A stretch of DNA of 49,124 nt from an uncultured Bacilli bacterium (GCA_947627375.1 CANQVR010000001.1:1-49124); one strand, 5' to 3'; counted from the stretch's first letter, positions 29,570-35,771 are shown. The notes: generated by a model not told the origin, from the sequence alone. Made by a program: numbers and translations.

Positions 29570-30249
29570 ACATCCCCCTCCAATTCTTCCAAAATATTTT
29601 TCATTTCTTCTCTTTCTTCTTTTGTTGTTTGTTCGTTTTGTGAATCCTTGTTAAACCATTTAGGAAGTTTTTGTTTAGTCTCTTTCTGATTCAAATAACT
29701 TTCAAATTTAGTGCCAAATAATGTTTCAGGTCTTAAATATTTTTCTAAATCAGTACCTTTCCATTCGGCAGTTTTTTTATCAATAACAACTATGAAGTCG
29801 TCGAGTTTGTAACCCTCGTTCAATCGTGCTTTGATTTTATTAATCGTTGATACAGTAGTGTTCTTATAATTAGTTCCTACTTTTTTATTTAAATATTCTA
29901 TTATTTTTTTTACATATACATTAACATTAGACATAGACATATACATCTTTGATGTGTTACCCGTTCGGTTACCCTTTTGGTTACCTGTTTGGTTACCCGT
30001 TTGGTTATCCATTCGGTTACTCATTCGGTTACTCGTTTGGTTTCTTTTTAAACTTTTTGTTGATTGATTTTTACTTTTATCTAAAGGTCTTTTTAAATTT
30101 ATAAACACTTTATTTTCTCTATCAGTTAAATTAGGAATCTTGTCTTCAAACATATACTTAAAAATTGATAAGAGTAAGTTCTTTTGTTCTTCTTCATTTA
30201 ACAAAGTTATTAAATCGTAATATTCTTCATAAATCGTAAAACTTTTCAT
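29551..30249 (-). CDS. Phage replisome organizer (DnaD-like; conserved phage C-terminal domain)
   Basis: The C-terminus VKKIIEYLNKKVGTNYK...IKARLNEGYKLDDF..VID.K..EW.G....KYLRPETLFG.KFE.YLNQ matches the family as I remember it. The central linker is made of N-Q/R-T/M-G/S repeats. Confidence 0.65.
   Translation of the reverse strand: MKSFTIYEEYYDLITLLNEEEQKNLLLSIFKYMFEDKIPNLTDRENKVFINLKRPLDKSKNQSTKSLKRNQTSNRMSNRMDNQTGNQTGNQKGNRTGNTSKMYMSMSNVNVYVKKIIEYLNKKVGTNYKNTTVSTINKIKARLNEGYKLDDFIVVIDKKTAEWKGTDLEKYLRPETLFGTKFESYLNQKETKQKLPKWFNKDSQNEQTTKEEREEMKNILEELEGDVCLQKN
29955..30050. repeat. 8 x 12-bp tandem repeat (GGTTACNNNTTN): candidate replication-origin iterons
   Basis: Units start at 29955, 29967, 29979, 29991, 30003, 30015, 30027 and 30039. 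The array lies inside the replisome organizer gene, and an AT-rich tract follows at 30050..30130. Confidence 0.8.
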
Positions 30250-30253
30250 TTTA

Positions 30254-30562
30254 TCAACTCCTTGTAGATTTCCACTCTAAAACATGTGTCATTCTTAACA
30301 TTTGATTAGCACGATGCTTAATATTGTTGATTGTCTTTTCTATCTCTTCGTCAGTTTTACAAATATAAAATCCACCTGACTTACCACTTACACTCCCAAC
30401 TATTAATTCAAAATTTTTATTTTCTCGTATATTTTGAATAATTTTTCTCATGCTTTTATCACTATTGATTCCAAATTTTGCTCGTAAATCTTGATTCTTT
30501 ATTAAATTTTCTTCTCCAAAGTGATTCTCAACTAAGTAATCATATACTTCTTGCTCTAGCAT
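30254..30562 (-). CDS. Hypothetical protein (possible winged-helix)
   Basis: 102-aa ORF upstream of the replisome organizer. Confidence 0.5.
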   Translation of the reverse strand: MLEQEVYDYLVENHFGEENLIKNQDLRAKFGINSDKSMRKIIQNIRENKNFELIVGSVSGKSGGFYICKTDEEIEKTINNIKHRANQMLRMTHVLEWKSTRS

Positions 30563-30675
30563 AAAACCACCTCATAAGTTGATTTTTCTACATTTTTATG
30601 ATAAAATGTAGACATCAATTTTATTGATGAGGGACTTATTGCCGCCAAGCTTTTAAGTCTTTTTTTATTTTCCAT
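30556..30675 (-). CDS. Small protein (39 aa)
   Basis: AGGAGGA lies 5 nt upstream of the ATG at 30675. The longer track ORF (to 30753) lacks an SD. Confidence 0.4.
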   Translation of the reverse strand: MENKKRLKSLAAISPSSIKLMSTFYHKNVEKSTYEVVLC

Positions 30676-30677
30676 AT

Positions 30678-30857
30678 TTATCCTCCTATTCCTGATACAT
30701 AAACCAAACCACCTAAACCTATCATAAAAGTTAAAAACGACATAATCAGGCATAGTTTATCAGCTTCACTCATAGTTGTTTTTTTATATCCCTTTTTACA
30801 CCGTTTCCCCTTTTTGCTATTCTTGTGAATAGCTTCCATTATTTTTTGATCTAACAT
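30678..30857 (-). CDS. Small membrane protein (59 aa)
   Basis: A basic N-terminus and the C-terminal TM segment LCLIMSFLTFMIGLGGLVYV. AGGAGA lies upstream. Confidence 0.4.
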   Translation of the reverse strand: MLDQKIMEAIHKNSKKGKRCKKGYKKTTMSEADKLCLIMSFLTFMIGLGGLVYVSGIGG

Positions 30858-30865
30858 AACATCTC

Positions 30866-30985
30866 CTATAAAACTACTAACAAAATTATCAATACATAAA
30901 GCAACAACAATACTGCAAGTAAAAGTACTATTATAATTTTTCCCACATGTAATTCATTAATAGTTTCCTCAAGCTCTTTTAACAT
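30866..30985 (-). CDS. Small membrane protein (39 aa)
   Basis: MLKELEETINELHVGKIIIVLLLAVLLLLYVLIILLVVL, with AGGGGTGA 5 nt upstream. Confidence 0.4.
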   Translation of the reverse strand: MLKELEETINELHVGKIIIVLLLAVLLLLYVLIILLVVL

Positions 30986-31092
30986 CGTGTCACCCCTTTT
31001 TTTAAATACTGTAATAGAATACTAAGAATGCAATAGTTTGAATAACATTAGCAATTCCTACTGTAATTAATAAACCTTTTATAGGTAATTCG

Positions 31093-31308
31093 TTAGTTAT
31101 TTTCTTCATTTCTGCTATCATTCTTTTCATCTCCCTTTTTATTTTTCATTGTTTCTTCAAAATACCACTTCGGTATTTTTCCTTGAATTGTAATCGCGTC
31201 AGGAAATTCTTTTTCAAAAGAGTTTCTTAACTTTCTTATAATCTCATAAGAAAGAGACTTCCCTGCCCCTGTAACTTTCATTACATCTTCAGCATTATAG
31301 TAATCCAT
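31093..31308 (-). CDS. Helix-turn-helix DNA-binding protein (excisionase-family-like or early regulator)
   Basis: 71 aa. ...AEDVMKVTGAGKSLSYEIIRKLR...IQGKIPKWYFEE is the HTH pattern common in Firmicute phage/ICE Xis-like proteins. Confidence 0.5.
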   Translation of the reverse strand: MDYYNAEDVMKVTGAGKSLSYEIIRKLRNSFEKEFPDAITIQGKIPKWYFEETMKNKKGDEKNDSRNEENN

Positions 31309-31531
31309 GTGTACTACCTCCTTATTTTTTTTAGTCTTGCTGGACTTGTTTTGTTTTTAATTCCTTCCTTTAAAATGTCCTAATTGTGATAATGAAATTA
31401 CTATTACAGCAAATCTTATAGGCACTATAGTAAATTGTCCTAATTGCAAAAGTGATATTAATCTAGTTGATGACGGTTTCTCTGATAGCATAAATCAATT
31501 ACAAAAACAATTTGACAATTTATTTAAATAG

Positions 31532-31654
31532 TTATTTAACTTCTATCTTGATACCTTTAATATCATTTAGAAGTTTTTTTATTTTTTCTAACTTTTCTAT
31601 CACCTCATCTGCTCCAGTAAGCGATACATGAATTGCCGTTTTATTATTTGCCAT
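31532..31654 (-). CDS. Small protein (40 aa)
   Basis: TAGGAGGGTAGT lies directly upstream of the ATG at 31654. Confidence 0.4.
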   Translation of the reverse strand: MANNKTAIHVSLTGADEVIEKLEKIKKLLNDIKGIKIEVK

Positions 31655-31722
31655 ACTACCCTCCTATACTTGTTTTATTTTTTAACTCGCTTTATAATTA
31701 ACCTTGAAAGCGAGGTGTTATA

Positions 31723-32163
31723 ATGTTTTTTAATAAATTGAAATATCAAATGTATAAACTATTAACAAAATTCAATAATTGCAAATCTTTAGATGAAACC
31801 AAACAATATATTTGTCAAAAATTTAAAATCGATAATGATAATGATTTTAATTTTATTGTTAGCCAATGTATAGATTTTGGTTTTATAGATGGAATTTCTT
31901 ATTCCAATAGTATTAGCAATCATATTCACATTATTATTCGAGATAACATTTTCATCACTTACAATGGCTACGAATTTTTAAAAAATTATCACACTTTTAT
32001 TAAAAAAATACTTTGGAATCTATTTTTGATTATTGCTACTGCTATAATCACCGTAAAAGTCAATGATTATTTTTCTAAAACTAATCAAGTTTCTAATGTT
32101 AGAAACCAAATCATCTCTAATAATCCCATTTGCATTAAAATTTGCAAGAACACCAAACAATAG
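31723..32163 (+). CDS. Lysogeny-strand accessory protein with a C-terminal TM segment (candidate exclusion/Abi factor)
   Basis: 146-aa ORF with GAGGTG 7 nt upstream, on the same strand as the repressor and integrase. The TM segment is ILWNLFLIIATAIITV. No domain recognised. Confidence 0.5.
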   Translation: MFFNKLKYQMYKLLTKFNNCKSLDETKQYICQKFKIDNDNDFNFIVSQCIDFGFIDGISYSNSISNHIHIIIRDNIFITYNGYEFLKNYHTFIKKILWNLFLIIATAIITVKVNDYFSKTNQVSNVRNQIISNNPICIKICKNTKQ

Positions 32164-32313
32164 CTTACAAATCATCTCATCATAATCCTTTACAAAAGTA
32201 TCAGGCTGTTCTTGATATTTTTTCTTTAATTCGTTAATTTCTTCTTCTATCCATTCTCTTTCGGATTTATAAGCAATAAATTCGTTAGATAATTTCTTTC
32301 TTTCTTTAATCAC
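32020..32313 (-). CDS. Hypothetical early protein
   Basis: The GTG start has AAGGAGGG 9 nt upstream. The 3' 144 nt overlap the convergent ORF 31723..32163. Confidence 0.5.
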   Translation of the reverse strand: MIKERKKLSNEFIAYKSEREWIEEEINELKKKYQEQPDTFVKDYDEMICKLLFGVLANFNANGIIRDDLVSNIRNLISFRKIIIDFYGDYSSSNNQK

Positions 32314-32386
32314 GACTTATTTACCCTCCTTTTCTTGTTTTTCATCCTTTGATAAACTTTTAAACATTTCTAACAAGTTCACTCAT

Positions 32387-32620
32387 TTAACCTCCTTCGT
32401 TTTGATTTTTGACTGAATAATCAAATAAATCTTCTAACGTATATTTTTTCTCTGATTTTGAATTAATTAAGTTTTTAAGCAAATTAGCTTCCTTAGTTGT
32501 AAAATCTGCTTTTCTATTTATTTTTAAGTTAGCAGTCCCTAAAGATTTTATTTGTAATTCATCTGCAACTTCTTGTTGAGTAATTCCTAAATCTTTTAAA
32601 ATTTTATTTAAATCTTCCAT
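32387..32620 (-). CDS. Cro-like XRE-family HTH regulator
   Basis: 77 aa with ...LGITQQEVADELQIKS.... It is the first gene of the lytic leftward operon, divergent from the repressor. Confidence 0.75.
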   Translation of the reverse strand: MEDLNKILKDLGITQQEVADELQIKSLGTANLKINRKADFTTKEANLLKNLINSKSEKKYTLEDLFDYSVKNQNEGG

Positions 32621-32691
32621 TCTTAACTCCTTTCTACGATTTTTCGTATATATAAGTTAAAAAAATAAGGTTTTTCTTAACTTATAACTCA

Positions 32692-32720
32692 ATTATATAC
32701 GGTATTTCGTATATTGTCAA
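32692..32720 (-). promoter_or_regulatory. Early lytic promoter, consensus TTGACA-17-TATAAT
   Basis: The minus strand reads TTGACA (32715..32720), atatacgaaataccgta, TATAAT (32692..32697). The spacer contains the operator motif and the palindrome ATATACG-N6-CGTATAT (32695..32714). Confidence 0.75.
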
Positions 32721-32749
32721 TACTAAATTTACGAATTTTCAAAAAATAT

Positions 32750-32778
32750 TTGATTTTTCGTATATTTCGTTATATAAT
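32750..32778 (+). promoter_or_regulatory. Repressor (lysogenic) promoter TTGATT-17-TATAAT
   Basis: TTGATT lies at 32750..32755 and TATAAT at 32773..32778. The spacer carries TTTCGTATAT and TTTCGTTATA operator-like repeats. Confidence 0.65.
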
Positions 32779-32804
32779 GAAAGCATGGAAAGGAGGTAAA
32801 TATA

Positions 32805-33461
32805 TTGGAAGAAGAACTAAAAAAGATGATAATAGAAAAATATGGATCAGTTATGCAATTTTCTAAAAAAATTGATGTTCCATACACAACAATTGACACT
32901 ATTTTAAAACGTGGAATAGATAATTCTAATGTGACTAACGTCATTAAAATATGCAAAGAATTAAAACTTTCAGTAGAAGAAATGGTAGATAATAAAAAAC
33001 TAATTTCACAATTAAATTTTGACAATGCCGAAATAATAGATATTGATACTAACATGATAAAAATACCTGTTTATGGTACTATAAAAGCTGGTATACCGAT
33101 AGAAAGTCAAACGGATATAACTGAATATGTAGAGATACCAAAAGACTGGACAAAGGGTGGCAAATCGTTTTATGGAATAAAAATTAGTGGTGATAGTATG
33201 TATCCTAAATATAATGAGGGTGATATCGTTATATTTGAATATATACAAGATTTTGAAACGGCAAATGGAAAAGATTGTGCTATTATGATAAATGGTAGTG
33301 AATCAACATTTAAAAAAGTTTTATTAAATGATCAAGGAATTGTACTACAACCTTACAATATGGGAGTATACGATGTTATGATGTATAGCAATCAACAAAT
33401 TGAGGACTTACCTATTAAAGTAGTTGGTGTTGCTAAAGAAAAAAGAGTTAAATTAAATTAA
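32805..33461 (+). CDS. CI/LexA-like repressor (XRE HTH plus S24 peptidase domain)
   Basis: The TTG start has GGAGGT 7 nt upstream. The N-terminal HTH is followed by the C-terminal motif GDSMYPKY...K(K)V, the self-cleavage Ser-Lys dyad pattern. Confidence 0.85.
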   Translation: MEEELKKMIIEKYGSVMQFSKKIDVPYTTIDTILKRGIDNSNVTNVIKICKELKLSVEEMVDNKKLISQLNFDNAEIIDIDTNMIKIPVYGTIKAGIPIESQTDITEYVEIPKDWTKGGKSFYGIKISGDSMYPKYNEGDIVIFEYIQDFETANGKDCAIMINGSESTFKKVLLNDQGIVLQPYNMGVYDVMMYSNQQIEDLPIKVVGVAKEKRVKLN

Positions 33462-33475
33462 GGAGGAATAAGAAA

Positions 33476-33853
33476 ATGAATAGTAAATTTTGTAGAGAAT
33501 GTGGAAACAAATTGGATATCAATGCTGAATTTTGCCCTAAATGCGGAACAAAATGTGGAACAAAACAATCTAATAATACATCTAGTAGTACACCACAAGT
33601 AAATTCAAATATGATATGCCCTAAATGTGGAAGTACTAATGTTAATGTTCAAGTAGTTAATGAAACTCAATTAGTTACAAAGCATCATGGAATATTTTGG
33701 TGGATTATCATAGGCTGGTGGTGGATTTTCGTTAAATGGTTAATTTTAACTATACCTGCCCTACTCGCTGCCATATTTATAGGAAAAAGAAAAAAGGTAA
33801 AAAATACAACAAAGAAAATAAAAGTGTGTCAAAGTTGTGGACACACATGGTAA
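33476..33853 (+). CDS. Double zinc-ribbon membrane protein (lysogeny-module accessory gene)
   Basis: It has CRECG...CPKCG and CPKCG...CQSCGH knuckles and a W-rich TM hairpin (IFWWIIIGWWWIFVKWLILTIPALLAAIFI). It lies between the repressor and integrase genes. Confidence 0.7.
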   Translation: MNSKFCRECGNKLDINAEFCPKCGTKCGTKQSNNTSSSTPQVNSNMICPKCGSTNVNVQVVNETQLVTKHHGIFWWIIIGWWWIFVKWLILTIPALLAAIFIGKRKKVKNTTKKIKVCQSCGHTW

Positions 33854-33884
33854 AAATAAAAAACCTCGTACGGCTAATACGAGG
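33852..33884 (-). terminator. Hairpin CCTCGTA-N7-TACGAGG with a U-tract only in the minus orientation
   Basis: The minus strand reads CCTCGTAttagccgTACGAGG followed by TTTTTTATTTTTA. On the plus strand no T-run follows. Confidence 0.45.
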
Positions 33885-33983
33885 CAGTACACAAAATCAA
33901 ATAGTCCAGCAAGACAATTCTTTTTTGTGCAATTTTATTATATCAAAAATTAGCCAATTTAACAATAATTGGAGGTAAAAAAA

Positions 33984-35153
33984 ATGAATTTAAAAGTATA
34001 TGAAAAAACAAGATATCAAAATATCTATAGACATAAAAAAAATGGAAATTATGTTATACAAATTAGTAATCCTAAAACAAGCATATCAAGAATGCCGAAT
34101 GGTAATAAAATTTGGAACAAAGATGATGCAATAAAAATTAGAGATAACAAAGAAAGCAAGCTCTTAAAACAGTCACAACTTTCTTCTAAGGTACTTTTTG
34201 GTACTGCATGGGACAAATATATCGAATGGTGTAAAAACGACCAAAATCAGAAATATAGTACCTATAATAAAAAAGAAAAAATATATAACAAACATTTAAG
34301 AATCTTGAAAAACAAAATAGTTTCTAAAATAACTGAAGATTATATGAAAAGATTTATAAGTGGATTAAGCACTACTGATAAGCAAAAAAATGAAGTGTTA
34401 CAAAAAGCATTGTTACCATTTTTTAATTGGTGTATGATTGAAGAAAAGATTATTTTAATCAATCCAGTTATACATATAAAAAAAATAAGAGTACAAAAAC
34501 CTAAAATAGATTACTGGACAATTGATGAAGTTACACAATTTTTTACATTCATTAATGAATATATTAATTCCGATATCGATATAAAACAAAAAGAAGTGGC
34601 ATATAGAGTTAAAATGTACTCTTCTATTACATTTGCGTTAGGAGATAGAATCGGAGAAACTAGAGCACTGTTTTTTGATTCTTTCGATGATATTAAAGAA
34701 ATAACTAATATAAATCATTCTATAGACTATAATCCTAACAATAAAATATTTATAACATCAACTAAAACTGTCGGATCTGAAAGAATTGTAGATACAAGTA
34801 AAAAGATTTTGCAAGATATAAAAGACTATAAAAATTTTTTAATACAAGATTTAGGCTATCCAGTTAAAAACGACTCACTAATATTTTTTAATTATTCTAC
34901 TAATAAACCTTTTTCAGATACCCTATTACGAAATAATTTTTATAAATTTTGTAAACTAGCAAAAGTACCAAAAATAACACCGTACGCTTTAAGACATACT
35001 CACGTTGCTACTTTAATGGCAGAAGGAAAGCCTTTATATCAAATAAGTCCAAGAATTGGACATACAAGATATGATACAACTGTAACTAAATACGGACATT
35101 TAGAAAGAACGATTAGAAAGGAGATAGCAAATACTACCGATAAGTACTTTTAA
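33984..35153 (+). CDS. int: Tyrosine integrase
   Basis: It has R (GDRIGETRAL), HxxR (ALRHTHVAT) and H...Y (IGHTRYDTTVTKYGH). GGAGGT lies 8 nt upstream of the ATG at 33984. It abuts att and tRNA-Leu. Confidence 0.9.
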   Translation: MNLKVYEKTRYQNIYRHKKNGNYVIQISNPKTSISRMPNGNKIWNKDDAIKIRDNKESKLLKQSQLSSKVLFGTAWDKYIEWCKNDQNQKYSTYNKKEKIYNKHLRILKNKIVSKITEDYMKRFISGLSTTDKQKNEVLQKALLPFFNWCMIEEKIILINPVIHIKKIRVQKPKIDYWTIDEVTQFFTFINEYINSDIDIKQKEVAYRVKMYSSITFALGDRIGETRALFFDSFDDIKEITNINHSIDYNPNNKIFITSTKTVGSERIVDTSKKILQDIKDYKNFLIQDLGYPVKNDSLIFFNYSTNKPFSDTLLRNNFYKFCKLAKVPKITPYALRHTHVATLMAEGKPLYQISPRIGHTRYDTTVTKYGHLERTIRKEIANTTDKYF

Positions 35154-35154
35154 A

Positions 35155-35182
35155 GAGTAAGTGGGAGTAATTTTGAGAGTAA
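35155..35182 (+). repeat. GAGTAA / GGAGTAATTTTG repeats (candidate integrase arm-type sites)
   Basis: GAGTAA lies at 35155 and 35177, and GGAGTAATTTTG at 35164..35175. The same 12-mer as at 476..498 lies about 45 bp from the att core. Confidence 0.5.
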
Positions 35183-35214
35183 AAAAAATAAAACCCTTTA
35201 TTTTATAAGGGTTT
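35181..35214 (-). terminator. Terminator oriented against read-through from the tRNA operon into the prophage
   Basis: AAACCCTT-N8-AAGGGTTT (35191..35214) is followed on the minus strand by TTTTTTTT (35181..35188). It lies 13 nt inside the prophage from the att core. Confidence 0.55.
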
Positions 35215-35226
35215 AATAAACATAGT

Positions 35227-35244
35227 TGGTGCCTAAGGCCGGAC
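35227..35244. repeat. Prophage att core, right copy (within the intact tRNA-Leu)
   Basis: Identical to 357..374. Confidence 0.9.
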
Positions 35245-35315
35245 TTGAACCGGCACGGGCTTTAACACCCGCAGGATTTTAAGTCCTGTGCGTCTACCTA
35301 TTCCGCCACTCAGGC
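35227..35315 (-). tRNA. tRNA-Leu (anticodon UAA), long variable arm; integration target
   Basis: Reverse complement GCCTGAGTGGCGGAATAGGTAGACGCACAGGA-CTTAAAA-TCCTG...GGTTCAAGTCCGGCCTTAGGCACCA. Confidence 0.95.
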
Positions 35316-35318
35316 ACA

Positions 35319-35394
35319 TGGTGATCTGTATGAGATTCGAACTCATGACCCTTTGATTAAAAGTCAAATGCTCTACCGACTGAGCTAACAGATC
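35319..35394 (-). tRNA. tRNA-Lys (anticodon UUU)
   Basis: Reverse complement GATCTGTTAGCTCAGTCGGTAGAGCATTTGA-CTTTTAA-TCAAA...GTTCGAATCTCATACAGATCACCA. Confidence 0.95.
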
Positions 35395-35402
35395 ATAATA
35401 AA

Positions 35403-35477
35403 TGGCTGCCTCGGTTAGATTCGAACTAACGCATGTCAGAGTCAAAGTCTGATGCCTTACCACTTGGCTACGAGGCA
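35403..35477 (-). tRNA. tRNA-Gln (anticodon UUG)
   Basis: Reverse complement TGCCTCGTAGCCAAGTGGTAAGGCATCAGA-CTTTGAC-TCTGA...GTTCGAATCTAACCGAGGCAGCCA. Confidence 0.95.
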
Positions 35478-35492
35478 ATAAATAAAATTAAG

Positions 35493-35577
35493 TGGTGGAG
35501 AGAGATGGATTCGAACCATCGAACTCAAAGAGAACAGATTTACAGTCTGTCGCGTTTAGCCACTTCGCTACCTCTCC
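35493..35577 (-). tRNA. tRNA-Tyr (anticodon GUA), long variable arm
   Basis: Reverse complement GGAGAGGTAGCGAAGTGGCTAAACGCGACAGA-CTGTAAA-TCTGT...GGTTCGAATCCATCTCTCTCCACCA. Confidence 0.95.
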
Positions 35578-35584
35578 AAAAAAA

Positions 35585-35660
35585 TGGTGCCGAAAGTAGG
35601 ACTTGAACCCACAACCTACTGATTACAAATCAGTTGCTCTACCAGTTGAGCTATTTCGGC
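35585..35660 (-). tRNA. tRNA-Thr (anticodon UGU)
   Basis: Reverse complement GCCGAAATAGCTCAACTGGTAGAGCAACTGA-TTTGTAA-TCAGT...GGTTCAAGTCCTACTTTCGGCACCA. Confidence 0.95.
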
Positions 35661-35669
35661 ACTTAAATA

Positions 35670-35746
35670 TGGTGGGCGATATAGGACTCGAACCTGTGAC
35701 CCCCTGCTTGTAAGGCAGGTGCTCTAACCAACTGAGCTAATCGCCC
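35670..35746 (-). tRNA. tRNA-Val (anticodon UAC)
   Basis: Reverse complement GGGCGATTAGCTCAGTTGGTTAGAGCACCTGC-CTTACAA-GCAGG...GGTTCGAGTCCTATATCGCCCACCA. Confidence 0.95.
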
Positions 35747-35771
35747 AAAAAAACTTGTGCTGACGACAATT

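Larger units (their letters stand above)
357..35244 (-). mobile_element. Integrated temperate siphovirus-type prophage, about 34.9 kb, tRNA-Leu insertion
   Basis: The 18-bp direct repeats flank a full set of phage modules: integrase, repressor, replication/recombination, terminase, portal, capsid, tail and lysis genes. The integrase abuts the intact tRNA-Leu. Confidence 0.92.

Noticed and set aside
29955-30050. Possibility that the 12-bp tandem array is a CRISPR or minisatellite
   Set aside because: The repeats are contiguous with no spacers, only 12 bp long, in frame within a CDS, and no cas genes are present. I interpret them as iterons or linker-coding repeats instead.
30556-30753. 65-aa form of the track ORF
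   Set aside because: The upstream part overlaps a better SD-preceded membrane ORF in another frame. The strong AGGAGGA sits before the internal ATG at 30675, so only the 39-aa form is kept.
32729-33248. Minus-strand ORFs 32729..33055 and 33012..33248, antisense to the repressor gene
   Set aside because: The plus-strand frame has clear HTH plus S24 peptidase motifs. The minus-strand ORFs are low-complexity shadows.
33736-33978. 80-aa plus-strand ORF spanning the end of the zinc-ribbon gene and the int upstream region
   Set aside because: It is an alternative frame of the zinc-ribbon gene's 3' end running through the terminator hairpin. It has no SD or motifs.
35233-35478. 81-aa minus-strand ORF from the track
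   Set aside because: It is a translation of the tRNA-Leu/Lys/Gln genes themselves and is not coding.
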